A DNA stretch of 57,578 nt from a virus, in IMG/VR virus record IMGVR_UViG_3300045988_152398. One strand, given 5' to 3'. The notes beneath the pieces are model-generated. The model saw only the letters and a list, made by a program, of their open reading frames with translations, was not told where the DNA came from and did not search any database. Made by a program: the position numbers and the translations under genes. Positions 33,701 through 43,604 of the stretch are shown piece by piece; position 1 is the first letter of the stretch; each line of letters opens with the position of its first letter.

Positions 33701-36473
33701 ACTATTGAACGGTTTATTTACTTCAATTGCGGCAAGTGCAATAGTGCTTACAGCGGCACTTCTTCCGTTGTCAGGAATATTTACAGCGTTGACAGTACCT
33801 ACATTACTGTTTACGGCAACTATGACACCTTTAACCGCATTATTTGTAGCACTTTCAGCAAGTGCAATGGTATTCCTTGTTGCGGTTACAGCATTATTAG
33901 TTATATTCACAGGAATAACGGCAATAGTAACGGCTCTCAATGCACAATTTATGATAATGTCAATGATGTTTACAATTCTTACAATAGGAATAAACTCATT
34001 GATTGTTACTTTAACGCCGTTACCTTTACTGTTTATAGCGTTAATGCCCGTTGTTTCAATGTTTACAGCGGTGATTACACCATTAACAGCATTGTTTTTG
34101 GTTCTCGGAGCGTCTGCATTAACCTTTACAGCGTCAATTACAGCATTAACGGTTGTAATGATATTGTTAAACACATTGATGTCCGCTTTCGTGGCAATGA
34201 TGATGATTTTATCCGTATTGTTCACAATGATTATAGCGTTGACAACTCAATTAATAATGGCGTTTACAATGCTCACAGCAACATTAACAATGTTGTCAAT
34301 GATAATCACAACAGTAACGCCTTTAGTGCTTGCGTTTTCAGCGGCATTACTTCCGCTATCCGCTACAATGCTTGCGTTGGTTGCACCAACATTAGTATTT
34401 ACAGGAATAATGGCGGGATTAATGGCAATATTTGTTGTGTTAGCTCCAATGGCAATGCTTTTTACAACCGCAATGTTAATATTAAATCCGTTATTCGCAA
34501 TATTGAGCCAAACAACGCCGATATTTGCGGAAGCATTGAAACCGTTGCCTGAAATATTTACAGCGTTGATAGCTCCCGCTACAGCTATGGTAGCTATATT
34601 AACGCCACTTGCAGGGGCATTTACTAAACTTGCATTAACAGCGGTAGTCTTTTTAGGTGCTGTCACAGGACTAATTACTAAAATAATGATGTTGACATTG
34701 TTATTTAGTATGTTGGTAGCGGTAGTTAATCGGCTTGCTATGGTATTTACTCGTATTGGAAACAATATCGTGAAATTAACAGCGTTGTTTATTCCATTTC
34801 AAATGGCATTAATGAAAATATGCACGCCGTTAGCAGTTGTATCAACAAGATTTATGAAATTTGCAACAGCACTTATATTTGTTGTAGCAGGAACAAAAGC
34901 TATTAACAGTAAATTCTTGGTAACAACAATCCTTTTAAAAACAATCGTGAAGTTATTAGGTGCATTATTATTACTGCTAAACGGTGTATCAAATGCGTTT
35001 AAAGCGATAGCAAAAGCACCTGAAATATTTAATGTTGCACTTAACAATATGGCGAATAAAGGAATATCTACAACACAGAAATTTGTAAATGTTCTTCGTT
35101 CATTATTGATAACAACAAAGTTAATTGTTGCTCAAATTGCAATGAGTATTTCAAACATTGTTGATAACAGTATAAACAATATCGTTAAAAAAATTACTCA
35201 ACTTCCTAAAAAAATGGGCGACGGCATTAGAAGTGCAGGAAAAAGTTTGAGTAGTGCCCTTGTTGAAGTATGGGAAAAAGCCGTAAAAGCGTCGGTTTCT
35301 CCCGTAAACAAGGTGATAGACGGTGCGAATTGGATATTAAAACAATTTGGCTCTGACAAAAAGGTTGTGTCTTGGACGCCTTACGCAAAAGGTACAGACG
35401 GTCACAAAGGCGGTAATGCTCTTGTTAATGACGGCAAGGGTGCGGAATTAGTACAAATGCCTAACGGTCAATCATTTATACCGCAGGGCAGAAATGTATT
35501 TATTCCTAATGCACCTAAAGGAATGAAAGTGTTATCCGCAGAGCGTACAGCACAGCTTTTTGGCAGAAAGTCACCTACATTCCGTTATGCTGACGGTATC
35601 GGTGATATTGATGTATTCAGTTACATTGATAACGCAAAGGGATTGGTTAGCAAAATCAAAGACGGTATCAGTTATGACGGAATAAACGGTTTAGGACGAT
35701 ATATTGGTAAAGGAATGGTTGATACCATTACAAGCCAAATGCCGAGTTGGTTTGACAAACTTGTTGAAGAAATGGGAGCGGTCAATTATGACGCTTCACA
35801 AGGCGTAAAGCAATGGAAAGCAACCGTCATAAGGGCTTTGAAAATGGAAGGTCAATACAGCCCTGCAAATGTTGCAAGAACCCTATACCAAATGCAAACC
35901 GAAAGCGGAGGCAATCCGAGAGCTATTAACCTTTGGGATAGCAACGCTAAAAAGGGCACACCGTCAAAAGGTCTTATGCAAGTTATTGACCCTACTTTTG
36001 CAACTTATGCAAGAGCAGGGTTTGACAAGAACATTTACGACCCGTTAAGCAACATTTTAGCGTCAATCCGATATGCCAAATCACGGTATGGCTCACTTGC
36101 CAATGCCTTTAAAGGACACGGATATGCAAACGGCGGCGTAGCAACAAAGCCGAGTATTTTCGGTGAGGACGGTAGCGAAATGGCTATACCGTTATCGCAA
36201 AGCAAACGCCAAAGAGGTGTAAACCTTTGGGAAAAAACGGGCAGTTTGTTAGGTGTTGATTTTGGTGATTATACGCCTGAAAACAGCGGATATGTAGCTA
36301 ATACTACCACCATTGAAAACAACTCTTATTCGCCACAATTTACATTGAATGTAAATGGTGCAAGTGATGATAGAGCATTGAAACGCAAAATCAAACAATG
36401 GATAAGTGAAGCAATGGAAGAAACATTCGAGGGTATCGGCAGAGTAAACAATGTTAATTTACAGGAGGTGTAA
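30711..36473 (+). CDS. tail tape measure protein (1920 aa) with C-terminal lytic transglycosylase domain
   Basis: N-terminal coiled/repeat region, very large hydrophobic centre, and an SLT motif YQMQTESGGNPRAINLWDSNAKKGTPSKGLMQV. Confidence 0.9.
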   Translation: MAENVIRQDIIQLGFDIDLSGLKKVNDEMDDLKKNISGVGSNDGIDNLKKETDKAKNSVNGLGKETDKATDSVDGLGKKTDKAKNSLTSLGKVSVNQLSGGLSKLDQKLTSVAKKAAGATYTGLKKLAGISFKALGVGAGAVSAIMGNAVKDYANFEQQIGGVETLFKKDANIVQKYANDAFKTAGLSANDYMETVTGFAASLLQSVGGDTEKAAKYADVAITDMADNANKMGTGMESIQYAYQGFAKQNYTMLDNLKLGYGGTKSEMQRLVKDAAKLDKSIDASSLSYGNIVKAIHAVQKNLGITGTTAKEAEKTISGSLYAMKSAWGNLMPALIQGGDSFDQCVDNLVSSVKTFAGNIMPAIKKGLSGVGSLIEELSPILAKELPSMFNSLLPSLIKSAVSLVKGLASAVPKIIPTLVTSVIQAIYEGFTGEKMSGDMFASLKQNVQSAFNAIKQIVQGVIQFTSQLMTALAPVLSWVGNLALTVFTWIGNNINWLLPIVGALVGVFLAYKAVLLVVNIITGIVTAAQTIMGVVCGTSSAAAAAGTTAVGTAAATSAPQILAFAAAILAVGVAILAICVGFALLVQASISLANAGWGAIAVMGALIVIIVALAVGAAALAPALTVGAVGLIAFGVAIALVGAGALMAAMGLSVMAGALPTIVQFGAVGAVSIMALGAGLTIFAVGAVAAGVAALALSVGLVPLMAVVVVVAASTALFAASMALVAVSMAIITAMISGFVAMLSMLPALFAALVPQVLIFSATMTPLVGVVAAALVPLTAFTALIAVLAVSFTVLAVASALMVVSFGAINVLLVAMVLLLTIVNIQLRIISTAFTAFGTSAMSFIAVLAQLATALTAAVVPLTAFTALSVVLAASFSVLAIASMLVVVAFTAINALLGVMMLLLTIINVNLLMISSTFPIVAASSAQFAASLIPLVTAMTIVIAPLTAFTALVTVLAASFTVLAVASTVVLIAFTGITAILTTMLMLMMIINIQLILLNGLFTSIAASAIVLTAALLPLSGIFTALTVPTLLFTATMTPLTALFVALSASAMVFLVAVTALLVIFTGITAIVTALNAQFMIMSMMFTILTIGINSLIVTLTPLPLLFIALMPVVSMFTAVITPLTALFLVLGASALTFTASITALTVVMILLNTLMSAFVAMMMILSVLFTMIIALTTQLIMAFTMLTATLTMLSMIITTVTPLVLAFSAALLPLSATMLALVAPTLVFTGIMAGLMAIFVVLAPMAMLFTTAMLILNPLFAILSQTTPIFAEALKPLPEIFTALIAPATAMVAILTPLAGAFTKLALTAVVFLGAVTGLITKIMMLTLLFSMLVAVVNRLAMVFTRIGNNIVKLTALFIPFQMALMKICTPLAVVSTRFMKFATALIFVVAGTKAINSKFLVTTILLKTIVKLLGALLLLLNGVSNAFKAIAKAPEIFNVALNNMANKGISTTQKFVNVLRSLLITTKLIVAQIAMSISNIVDNSINNIVKKITQLPKKMGDGIRSAGKSLSSALVEVWEKAVKASVSPVNKVIDGANWILKQFGSDKKVVSWTPYAKGTDGHKGGNALVNDGKGAELVQMPNGQSFIPQGRNVFIPNAPKGMKVLSAERTAQLFGRKSPTFRYADGIGDIDVFSYIDNAKGLVSKIKDGISYDGINGLGRYIGKGMVDTITSQMPSWFDKLVEEMGAVNYDASQGVKQWKATVIRALKMEGQYSPANVARTLYQMQTESGGNPRAINLWDSNAKKGTPSKGLMQVIDPTFATYARAGFDKNIYDPLSNILASIRYAKSRYGSLANAFKGHGYANGGVATKPSIFGEDGSEMAIPLSQSKRQRGVNLWEKTGSLLGVDFGDYTPENSGYVANTTTIENNSYSPQFTLNVNGASDDRALKRKIKQWISEAMEETFEGIGRVNNVNLQEV
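33042..35050 (+). repeat. eight degenerate in-frame coding repeats (~74-95 aa) within the tape measure
   Basis: P-L-T/A/V unit starts at 33042, 33294, 33546, 33828, 34080, 34320, 34605 and 34827. The first three units are spaced exactly 252 nt apart. Confidence 0.7.
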
Positions 36474-36476
36474 CGG

Positions 36477-37073
36477 TTGGCACTTATTAATAATCTTTAT
36501 GTATGTGTAACAGATGAAGAAATTGACAGAGGTGTTACCGTTACGGAACACCCCGTAGAAAAGGGCTTGCCTATCACCGATAATGTGAAGCGTGACGCAA
36601 TCAAGCTGTCATTATCGGGATATATTGTTGATGTAAAGAATACCAAAGCGAGTACCATTGTTAATAAATTGAGTAATTACGCAAAAAACGGTCAGTATGT
36701 AAAATTCGTGGGGCGTACTATTATTAGTAACGCCCTAATTACTGATTTTAGTACAAAGTACAGCAATAAAGTTAATGGCGGTTGCTCTTTTTCAATGGAA
36801 ATAAAGGAAGTGCGTATTGCTAAATCTGCTTATGTCAAGCAGAAAAAGAAAGCAAGTACAAAACAGGTCACAAAAAAAAGCACTAAAAGCAAAAGATATT
36901 ACAAGGTAAAAACAGGGGATTGCTTGTGGACTATAGCAAAAAAATATTACGGTAGCGGTTTGCAATATCCGAAAATATACAAAGCTAACAAGTCAATGAT
37001 TGATAAAAGAAACAAAGGCTACAATGTTGATAAATATACAATCTACACAGGGCAAAAGCTGTTAATACCGTAA
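36477..37073 (+). CDS. LysM-domain tail protein (XkdP-like)
   Basis: C-terminal YYKVKTGDCLWTIAKKYYG...YTGQKLLIP. Confidence 0.75.
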   Translation: MALINNLYVCVTDEEIDRGVTVTEHPVEKGLPITDNVKRDAIKLSLSGYIVDVKNTKASTIVNKLSNYAKNGQYVKFVGRTIISNALITDFSTKYSNKVNGGCSFSMEIKEVRIAKSAYVKQKKKASTKQVTKKSTKSKRYYKVKTGDCLWTIAKKYYGSGLQYPKIYKANKSMIDKRNKGYNVDKYTIYTGQKLLIP

Positions 37074-37084
37074 AGGAAGGTTAT

Positions 37085-37414
37085 ATGAGGGATATTATCG
37101 AAATCGAAAAATCTGAAATGCCGTATAACTTTGATATTGTGTTAGGTTTAGATGAATACAATCTTGAATTTAAGTATAACGAAATGTCGGACTTGTTTAC
37201 TTGTACCTTATCAAAAGATGATGAAGTGCTTGTTTATGATGAACCGCTTATATACGGAACAAGATTGTTTTGTGATGTGTATAACGCTGATACATTCCCT
37301 TGCTTGGATATAGTACCTCTTGATGAAAGTAGCAAAGAAAATACGGTAACATTTGATAATATGGGTGTTACCGTATTACTTACTATTGATGATGAAGATG
37401 AAAGCGAGGAATGA
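37085..37414 (+). CDS. acidic tail-module protein
   Basis: Position only. Confidence 0.45.
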   Translation: MRDIIEIEKSEMPYNFDIVLGLDEYNLEFKYNEMSDLFTCTLSKDDEVLVYDEPLIYGTRLFCDVYNADTFPCLDIVPLDESSKENTVTFDNMGVTVLLTIDDEDESEE

Positions 37415-38322
37415 CAATGAGCCAAGTTATAAAGCAAAAGAACAATGATAAAAATGTTTCACGGCTTATTACCTCATTCAAAAAAATCAATGAAAAGCTA
37501 AACACCGAAGTCAAAGGGCAATTTAAACATTCTATCACCATTCAAACGGGAAATGTAAAAATAAAAAATACAGAATTGGATTTTGAATTTACTATCCCGT
37601 TTGATGATGATACAGAAGCAAACGAAGCAGAGATTATTATATATAATCTTACAAACACGACAATCAACAATATTAAGAATAAAGCAAAAATAACGGTAAC
37701 AGCGGGATATGGTAACGATACAGGTATTATATTCAGCGGTTATATTTCTAAAAAGACAACAAAATATGATGATTGCGATAAAATAACAACCATAAAGGCA
37801 CTTGACGATATGAATTTGAAAGAAAAGGATATTACAAGTGTTACTTATGCAAAAGGCACGAAAGCAAGCAGAATTTTAAAAGATTTATGCGTAAAAGTCG
37901 GCTTGCCTATCGCTGTTTTTAGCGTTGCCCGTGACCATACATACAAAGATGAAGAAACGGTATCAGGTCAGCTTATGGATAATGTAAAAAGTTATGCAAA
38001 AGTTTGTGGCGTATCTGCATATATACTCAAAAGCAGAATTTATGTTCGTCCACTTAATAAGGGCGACAGCACAAGATTTATTTTAAGTGCTGACACAGGA
38101 TTGCTTGATTTATCCGAGTTTGAAGAAGAAGAAAAGAACGAGGATTATACAGATATCATAAGGGGCTATGACATAAAAATGTTATTGCAACATCAAATAC
38201 AGACAGCAAGCATTGTGACAATAAAGTCAAGAAATGCAAACGGAAGATTTAGGGTCAAGTCAGGAAAACACACCTACGACGGAACAGACCTTTTAACGGA
38301 AGCAAAGGTGGTGCAAAGTTGA
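37411..38322 (+). CDS. baseplate hub protein (XkdQ / gpD-like)
   Basis: Size, position, and the ..AEIIIYNLTN..ITVTAGYGNDTGIIFSGYI pattern. Confidence 0.6.
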   Translation: MTMSQVIKQKNNDKNVSRLITSFKKINEKLNTEVKGQFKHSITIQTGNVKIKNTELDFEFTIPFDDDTEANEAEIIIYNLTNTTINNIKNKAKITVTAGYGNDTGIIFSGYISKKTTKYDDCDKITTIKALDDMNLKEKDITSVTYAKGTKASRILKDLCVKVGLPIAVFSVARDHTYKDEETVSGQLMDNVKSYAKVCGVSAYILKSRIYVRPLNKGDSTRFILSADTGLLDLSEFEEEEKNEDYTDIIRGYDIKMLLQHQIQTASIVTIKSRNANGRFRVKSGKHTYDGTDLLTEAKVVQS

Positions 38323-38723
38323 GTACATCAAGTAATGTTTTAAATGATTTAATAGAACAAAAATTATTAAACTTACATACCGCATTTTTCGCAAAGGTTA
38401 TAAGCGTTAGTGGAAATAATGCAAAGATACAGCCTTTAAATATGATAAAGGCAAACGGAAAGCAAGCGAAGAAACAAGCAGTAATGACAGTTCCTATTTT
38501 GAAAAATGTTCGCAAATTTGCAACAAAAACCGTTACAATTACGACGGAAATGGACGATAAATTTTCAATAACAATTCCGACTGTTAGCACTATTTCATCA
38601 GGTGATATTGTATATTGTGCGTGTGGCGAGCGAGAAATAACCGACAATAAAAAGGGTAAATTTTCTGTACCAACAACAGGACATCACCGAATGAGTGACG
38701 CTGTTATTATAGGAGTTATTTGA
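38319..38723 (+). CDS. central spike protein (XkdR / Gp138-N-like)
   Basis: AKVISVSGNNAKIQPL......MTVPIL pattern. Position in the module. Confidence 0.55.
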   Translation: MSTSSNVLNDLIEQKLLNLHTAFFAKVISVSGNNAKIQPLNMIKANGKQAKKQAVMTVPILKNVRKFATKTVTITTEMDDKFSITIPTVSTISSGDIVYCACGEREITDNKKGKFSVPTTGHHRMSDAVIIGVI

Positions 38724-38738
38724 TAAGAGGTGATTTAA

Positions 38739-39080
38739 TTGTACGGTTTTGCGATTGATGAAAACGGCGACGCTATCATTGAAAATAATGATATAAAGTT
38801 AGTTAGCGATAGCGAACTAATAAAGCAAACTGTTAAGCAGGTGCTTTCTACCAATTTGGGGGAATGGTGGCTAAATGAAAATGAGGGTATAGCGTTTAAT
38901 GCAATACTGAAAAAAAATCCGCAATACGACCAAATAGAGGACACCGTTAAAAGTGGCTTATTGCAAATTGATAAAACATTTGAATTAACAAGTTTTGTCT
39001 GCACGCCGATAAACCGCACCTTAAAAATTGAATTTACCGCCCGAAATGAAAGCGGCGAGGAAATAGATATTACATTATAA
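38739..39080 (+). CDS. baseplate wedge protein (XkdS / gpW-gp25-like)
   Basis: IKQTVKQVLSTNLGEWWLNENEGI. 113 aa. Confidence 0.6.
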   Translation: MYGFAIDENGDAIIENNDIKLVSDSELIKQTVKQVLSTNLGEWWLNENEGIAFNAILKKNPQYDQIEDTVKSGLLQIDKTFELTSFVCTPINRTLKIEFTARNESGEEIDITL

Positions 39081-39092
39081 AGGAGTGGTTAT

Positions 39093-40256
39093 ATGGCACT
39101 TACAGAATTGGGGTTTCAACGCCCTACCTATGATGAAATTTTAGAGGAACAAGAAGCAAGAGCAAAAACATTGTTCGGTGAAACAATTGATACCTCTGAA
39201 TTAACTGCAATAGGTAAATATATCCGAATAAATGTATCGGACATTGACGCTCTCTATCAAATATTAGAGGGCGTTTATTATGCACGATTTCCAAACACGG
39301 CGAGCGGCACAAGTCTTGATAGGCTTTGTCCGTTTGCAGGAATTACAAGAAATGCGGCTACATTGGCAAGGCACGCAATTGTAATTAAAGGCACAGCAGG
39401 AAAAACAGTAGAAGCGGGATTTGAAGTTGCTAACGAGGAAATGAGTATCATTTTTCACACGGTTGATGATTATAAAATCGGTAGTGAAGGAACGGTTGTG
39501 GCTTATGTGGAATGTAACGAAGCGGGAACGATTGGAAATGTAACAGTAGGCTCAATCAATACAATAGTAAATCCGCACGCTGATGTTATAAGCATTACTC
39601 ATACAGCAATAAAAAATCTTGGTAAAGACAGGGAAAGTGATGTTAATTTAAGAAAACGATTTAACATTGCAATATCAGGCACGGGCAACAATACAACCGA
39701 ATCAATCAAAGGTGCTATAATGCGTATTTCTAATGTAGAGGATTGCTCTATTATTGAAAACGCAACATCAAGTAAGGTTGGAAATTGTAATCCATATAGC
39801 TTTGAGTGTGTCGTGAAGCACGACGGTTCAGGCGCAACCAAACAGCTTATAGCGGAAGCTATTTTAGAAAAAAAGCCTTTGGGCATTTCAACAAGCGGAA
39901 CATCATTACTTATAGTTCAAGACAATGCTCAAAAGAACCACTACATTAGGTTTACCGACGCAGAAACAGTATATATAGATATTCAATATATAATTGTGAC
40001 AAATAGTTTATTTGAAGCAGACGGGGAACAACAAATTGCTGAAAGGCTTATTAATTATATTAATAACCTAAAAATCGGTGAAACCATATATGTACCACAG
40101 CTATATTCTTGCATTTGTATTACAGGCGTGAAAACTGTTATAGGTCTTGGAATCCGTCGTATCGGTGAAACTGCTTATGTACAGACAAACCTTGATATGA
40201 GTAACACACAAATTGCAAGAGTAAAAGCAGAAAATATACAATGTATCAAAAAATAG
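39093..40256 (+). CDS. baseplate J-like protein (XkdT)
   Basis: 387 aa. Position and N-terminal pattern. Confidence 0.7.
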   Translation: MALTELGFQRPTYDEILEEQEARAKTLFGETIDTSELTAIGKYIRINVSDIDALYQILEGVYYARFPNTASGTSLDRLCPFAGITRNAATLARHAIVIKGTAGKTVEAGFEVANEEMSIIFHTVDDYKIGSEGTVVAYVECNEAGTIGNVTVGSINTIVNPHADVISITHTAIKNLGKDRESDVNLRKRFNIAISGTGNNTTESIKGAIMRISNVEDCSIIENATSSKVGNCNPYSFECVVKHDGSGATKQLIAEAILEKKPLGISTSGTSLLIVQDNAQKNHYIRFTDAETVYIDIQYIIVTNSLFEADGEQQIAERLINYINNLKIGETIYVPQLYSCICITGVKTVIGLGIRRIGETAYVQTNLDMSNTQIARVKAENIQCIKK

Positions 40257-40268
40257 AGGTGAAAAAGA

Positions 40269-40940
40269 ATGTTTAGTGATAATGTCAAAAAACTTCCTGA
40301 CGCCTATTACAAAGGAAATGACGGTAATAACTACAAACTTTTGCACCTTAACGAACTTGCGGCTTGTGAATTTCAAGCAGATATGCAAAGTGTATTAGAC
40401 ACATTGGATATTGAGCAAGTGTACGGTAAAACACTTGATTTGTACGGTGATTTTGTCGGTCAAAAAAGAGGAACATTAACCGACGACGAATACAGAATTT
40501 ACATAAAAAACAAAATGGCACAAAATATTTGTCAAGGTGATATCAATAGTATTTTGAATTTGCTTTCACAAATATTTGATTGCTCCATAGATGATATATC
40601 CATTGAAGAAGTCGGTGGAAATAAGGTTGATATAAAAAACTTACCGTTACCTAATTTGATTGGTGGAACATTAACCGAAGCACAAATGATAGAAATGCTT
40701 GAAAGAATTTTGCCTGCAACGGTAAAAATCAGGTTAGCTAATATTTATGGAACATTTGAGTTTGGCAACATCAATAATAATAATTATCAAAATTTAGAAA
40801 GCATTGATTATCAAGGTTTACAGGAATTGTCTTACCAACAATTTGAAGATAATTTTCTTGGTGAATATGACAAGAAAAAAGGATTTGGCAATATTGAGCA
40901 AACTATTGGCGGCTATTTTGGATTGCTGATACAGAAATAA
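40269..40940 (+). CDS. baseplate/tail-fibre adaptor (XkdU / gpI-like)
   Basis: Follows baseplate J. YKLLHL...LD..QVYGKTLDLYG. Confidence 0.55.
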   Translation: MFSDNVKKLPDAYYKGNDGNNYKLLHLNELAACEFQADMQSVLDTLDIEQVYGKTLDLYGDFVGQKRGTLTDDEYRIYIKNKMAQNICQGDINSILNLLSQIFDCSIDDISIEEVGGNKVDIKNLPLPNLIGGTLTEAQMIEMLERILPATVKIRLANIYGTFEFGNINNNNYQNLESIDYQGLQELSYQQFEDNFLGEYDKKKGFGNIEQTIGGYFGLLIQK

Positions 40941-40953
40941 AGGAGGTCAGTTA

Positions 40954-42477
40954 ATGGCAACGCAAACAACAAATATGGGTTTGGTAAAACCTGAATTGCA
41001 GGATAATTTCAATTTAAAGGCACACTTAAACGATAATTGGGATAAAATTGACGCAAATTATGAAGGTGAATATTTCAGAAATGCTGTTGTGTATAAAGTC
41101 AAAAATAATTATGGAGCAACTGCATTGTCACCTTTGTTCAACGATTTGAAAAGCGGTACAACGATATATTTTCCGAGAGGAACTTATTTTATTACGGATT
41201 TTGTTCAAATTGATAGTTTAACAGACATAAAAATTGTTTTCGCCAAAGGTGCACTCATAAGAGCAAAAAGCAACGCAAATAACGGAAATAGTATATTTAG
41301 TTTTACTAACTGCACTAATGTTGAAATCTGCGGTGCTAATTTAAACGGTAACAATGTGTTCTGTCACGGAATTTCTTTTAGCAATTGCACAAATGTTAAA
41401 ATTAATGGTGGCGATATCAAAACATTCGGTTATAAAGCAAGTACATTTTCAAGTGGAATTAGATTTTACGGTGCTAATACCAATGTGAATATTTACGGCG
41501 TACATATTCACAGCGTAGTAACAGGAACTTTAGGTGATGAGGGTTACGGATTTAGTGCAGGAATAGCAATTAATTCTACAGATAGCGGCTATACATCTAA
41601 TGTTACCATTGACAATTGCGAAATAAACAACATTCAAAAAACGGGAACGGTGCTAACTGACGGTGACGGAATTTCTATTATTCAGCGACCAACAACAGCA
41701 GACGATAAAATGTTATGCAACATACATATTTCAAACTGTTATATCCACGATTGCGAATTAAGATGTATTAAAGCAAGTTGCAGGGAAGTAAAAGTTGATA
41801 ATTGCTTGTTTGAAAGCGGTAAAAAATCTACAAGAGGTAATCTTGTGGATTTTCAATTTGCGGAGAATAGTAGTATTAAAAACTGTACATTAAATGCCAA
41901 ATATCGTGGTTGTATCGCTGTAAATGCAGATAACGGAGTTTTTGTTTGTGAAAATAATAGCATTAACGGTAATGCTATAGACACATCATTTAGCGGTCAG
42001 GGAATAGTCTTTAACAGAAGATTAAGTAGTAATACCGCCGTTTACACCGAACCGCAAACACTTATTGTTAAAAACAATAAAATAGATAATGTAAATTGTC
42101 CTATTCTTTTTAATTATGAGGTTGAAGAAGGTTACTCCTATAATGCAATTATCATAAGGGATAACACGATAGGACATTTTAGGGGCGGTACAGTAATAAA
42201 AGTTGACCCGAACCGTGTTACGAATGTAAATTCCTTAATAATTGACGGTATATCATTTATATATGGTTCTACATCAAAGGGAATTTCGCTAGCTAATAAT
42301 ACTTTTTATAACGCTTATAGTCCTACGACTATAGTTTATTTAGGTAGCACTACATCTCATATCAACCCGTCAGCAGTTATTTGCCTTAAAAACATTGTCG
42401 GAGCAGAAACAGATAATTGGAAAGTTAATATGTCAAGCTACAATTTTTCAGCACCGCAAAAAGCGATACTTAACTAA
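40954..42477 (+). CDS. tail spike with right-handed beta-helix (pectate-lyase-like) repeats; putative depolymerase
   Basis: Recurrent F.NCTNV.I.G..I.. units (FTNCTNVEICGANLNG, FSNCTNVKINGGDI, ISNCYIHDC, IKNCTLNA). Confidence 0.65.
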   Translation: MATQTTNMGLVKPELQDNFNLKAHLNDNWDKIDANYEGEYFRNAVVYKVKNNYGATALSPLFNDLKSGTTIYFPRGTYFITDFVQIDSLTDIKIVFAKGALIRAKSNANNGNSIFSFTNCTNVEICGANLNGNNVFCHGISFSNCTNVKINGGDIKTFGYKASTFSSGIRFYGANTNVNIYGVHIHSVVTGTLGDEGYGFSAGIAINSTDSGYTSNVTIDNCEINNIQKTGTVLTDGDGISIIQRPTTADDKMLCNIHISNCYIHDCELRCIKASCREVKVDNCLFESGKKSTRGNLVDFQFAENSSIKNCTLNAKYRGCIAVNADNGVFVCENNSINGNAIDTSFSGQGIVFNRRLSSNTAVYTEPQTLIVKNNKIDNVNCPILFNYEVEEGYSYNAIIIRDNTIGHFRGGTVIKVDPNRVTNVNSLIIDGISFIYGSTSKGISLANNTFYNAYSPTTIVYLGSTTSHINPSAVICLKNIVGAETDNWKVNMSSYNFSAPQKAILN

Positions 42478-42494
42478 TATCAAGGAGGTTTATT

Positions 42495-43478
42495 ATGAAT
42501 TTTACGAATACACCACCCGATTGGACGGCAGAAGGTACAGAACCGTCAAGCAGTTTCAAGTCAGTAGGATTTTTTGCAGGATTTAAGCCCCCTGCGTCTT
42601 ATTTTAATTGGTTTTGGACGAAAGTTTCAAAATGCTTACAAGAATTGCAGAAAGTATCAGCAGGACAGACGCAGTATAGCGGAACAACGGCAAAAGGTGA
42701 AATATTCAACGATTACACAAACAACAATGCAAACGGTGTATATTCCCACGCAAGCGGTTTTCACACTAAAGCAAATGATTATCAATTTGCGACAGGACGC
42801 TATAATTCCGAAGCTACAGCCCCGACAAGTGCAACCGATACAACAGGTAGTTTATTTATTGTAGGTTGCGGAACATCAACGGCAACGGCTAACGCATTGA
42901 GAATTTCAACTGACGGCAAATGTTACGGCTCACAGTCCTTTGGTACAAGCGGTGCAGATTTCGCAGAAATGTTTGAGTGGCTTGACGGCAACACCAAAAA
43001 TGAGGATAGACGAGGTTTGTTTGTTACGCTTGACGGCGATAAAATCAGATTAGCAAATTCAGATGATGATTATATTCTTGGCGTTGTGTCAGCTTTGCCA
43101 ACTGTAATAGGTGACACGGCAAGCGAGGAATGGCACGGAAAATATAAAACTGATGTATTCGGCAACCGATTAACGGAAACGGTAAATGTTGAGGAAACAA
43201 CAGACGAAACAACAGGAGAGGTTATTCCTGCACATACCGAAAAAAGGTTTATACTCAATGATAATTATAATTCTAACGAAGAATATAAAAACAGAGAGGA
43301 ACGCAAGGAATGGGCTTCTATCGGTTTGATTGGTAAATTGGTAGTGACAGACGACGGCACTTGTGAAGTGAACGGCTATTGCAAATCAGGAAACAACGGA
43401 ATTGCAACAAAAGCAACAACAGGGTGCAGAGTGCTTAAAAGAATTGATAAAAACCATATCCGTATTCTTTACAAATAA
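42495..43478 (+). CDS. tail fibre protein with peptidase-G2/intramolecular-chaperone-like C-terminal domain
   Basis: GADFAEMFEWLDGN...YILGVVSA.PTVIGDTASEEWHGKY. Confidence 0.6.
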   Translation: MNFTNTPPDWTAEGTEPSSSFKSVGFFAGFKPPASYFNWFWTKVSKCLQELQKVSAGQTQYSGTTAKGEIFNDYTNNNANGVYSHASGFHTKANDYQFATGRYNSEATAPTSATDTTGSLFIVGCGTSTATANALRISTDGKCYGSQSFGTSGADFAEMFEWLDGNTKNEDRRGLFVTLDGDKIRLANSDDDYILGVVSALPTVIGDTASEEWHGKYKTDVFGNRLTETVNVEETTDETTGEVIPAHTEKRFILNDNYNSNEEYKNREERKEWASIGLIGKLVVTDDGTCEVNGYCKSGNNGIATKATTGCRVLKRIDKNHIRILYK

Positions 43479-43479
43479 G

Positions 43480-43507
43480 GAACGCTCCATATCGGGGCGT
43501 TCTTTTA
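43480..43507 (+). terminator. intrinsic terminator
   Basis: GAACGC-loop-GCGTTC followed by TTTT. Confidence 0.6.
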
Positions 43508-43604
43508 TTTGAATATTTTTTTTAGGAGGTATTCATATGAATACAATCAAGAAATCATTCGTGGAATTACCGAAACCGCCGACGGCAGAAAGTGAGGTGT
43601 GAGT

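Noticed and set aside
32471-35047. Long antisense and alternative-frame ORFs inside the tape-measure gene (32471..33595 minus, 33692..34225 minus, 34247..34765 minus, 32501..33142 plus).
   Set aside because: They lie wholly within the hydrophobic GCN/GTN/ACN-rich repeat region, whose codon periodicity keeps other frames open. They have no RBS, their composition is low-complexity, and the sense frame is continuous for 1920 codons.
43537-43602. 21-codon ORF ([21 protein letters not shown]) with a strong AGGAGG RBS just upstream of the long fibre gene.
   Set aside because: It is too short to support as a gene without conservation or Ribo-seq data. It could be a leader peptide, so it is noted but not called.
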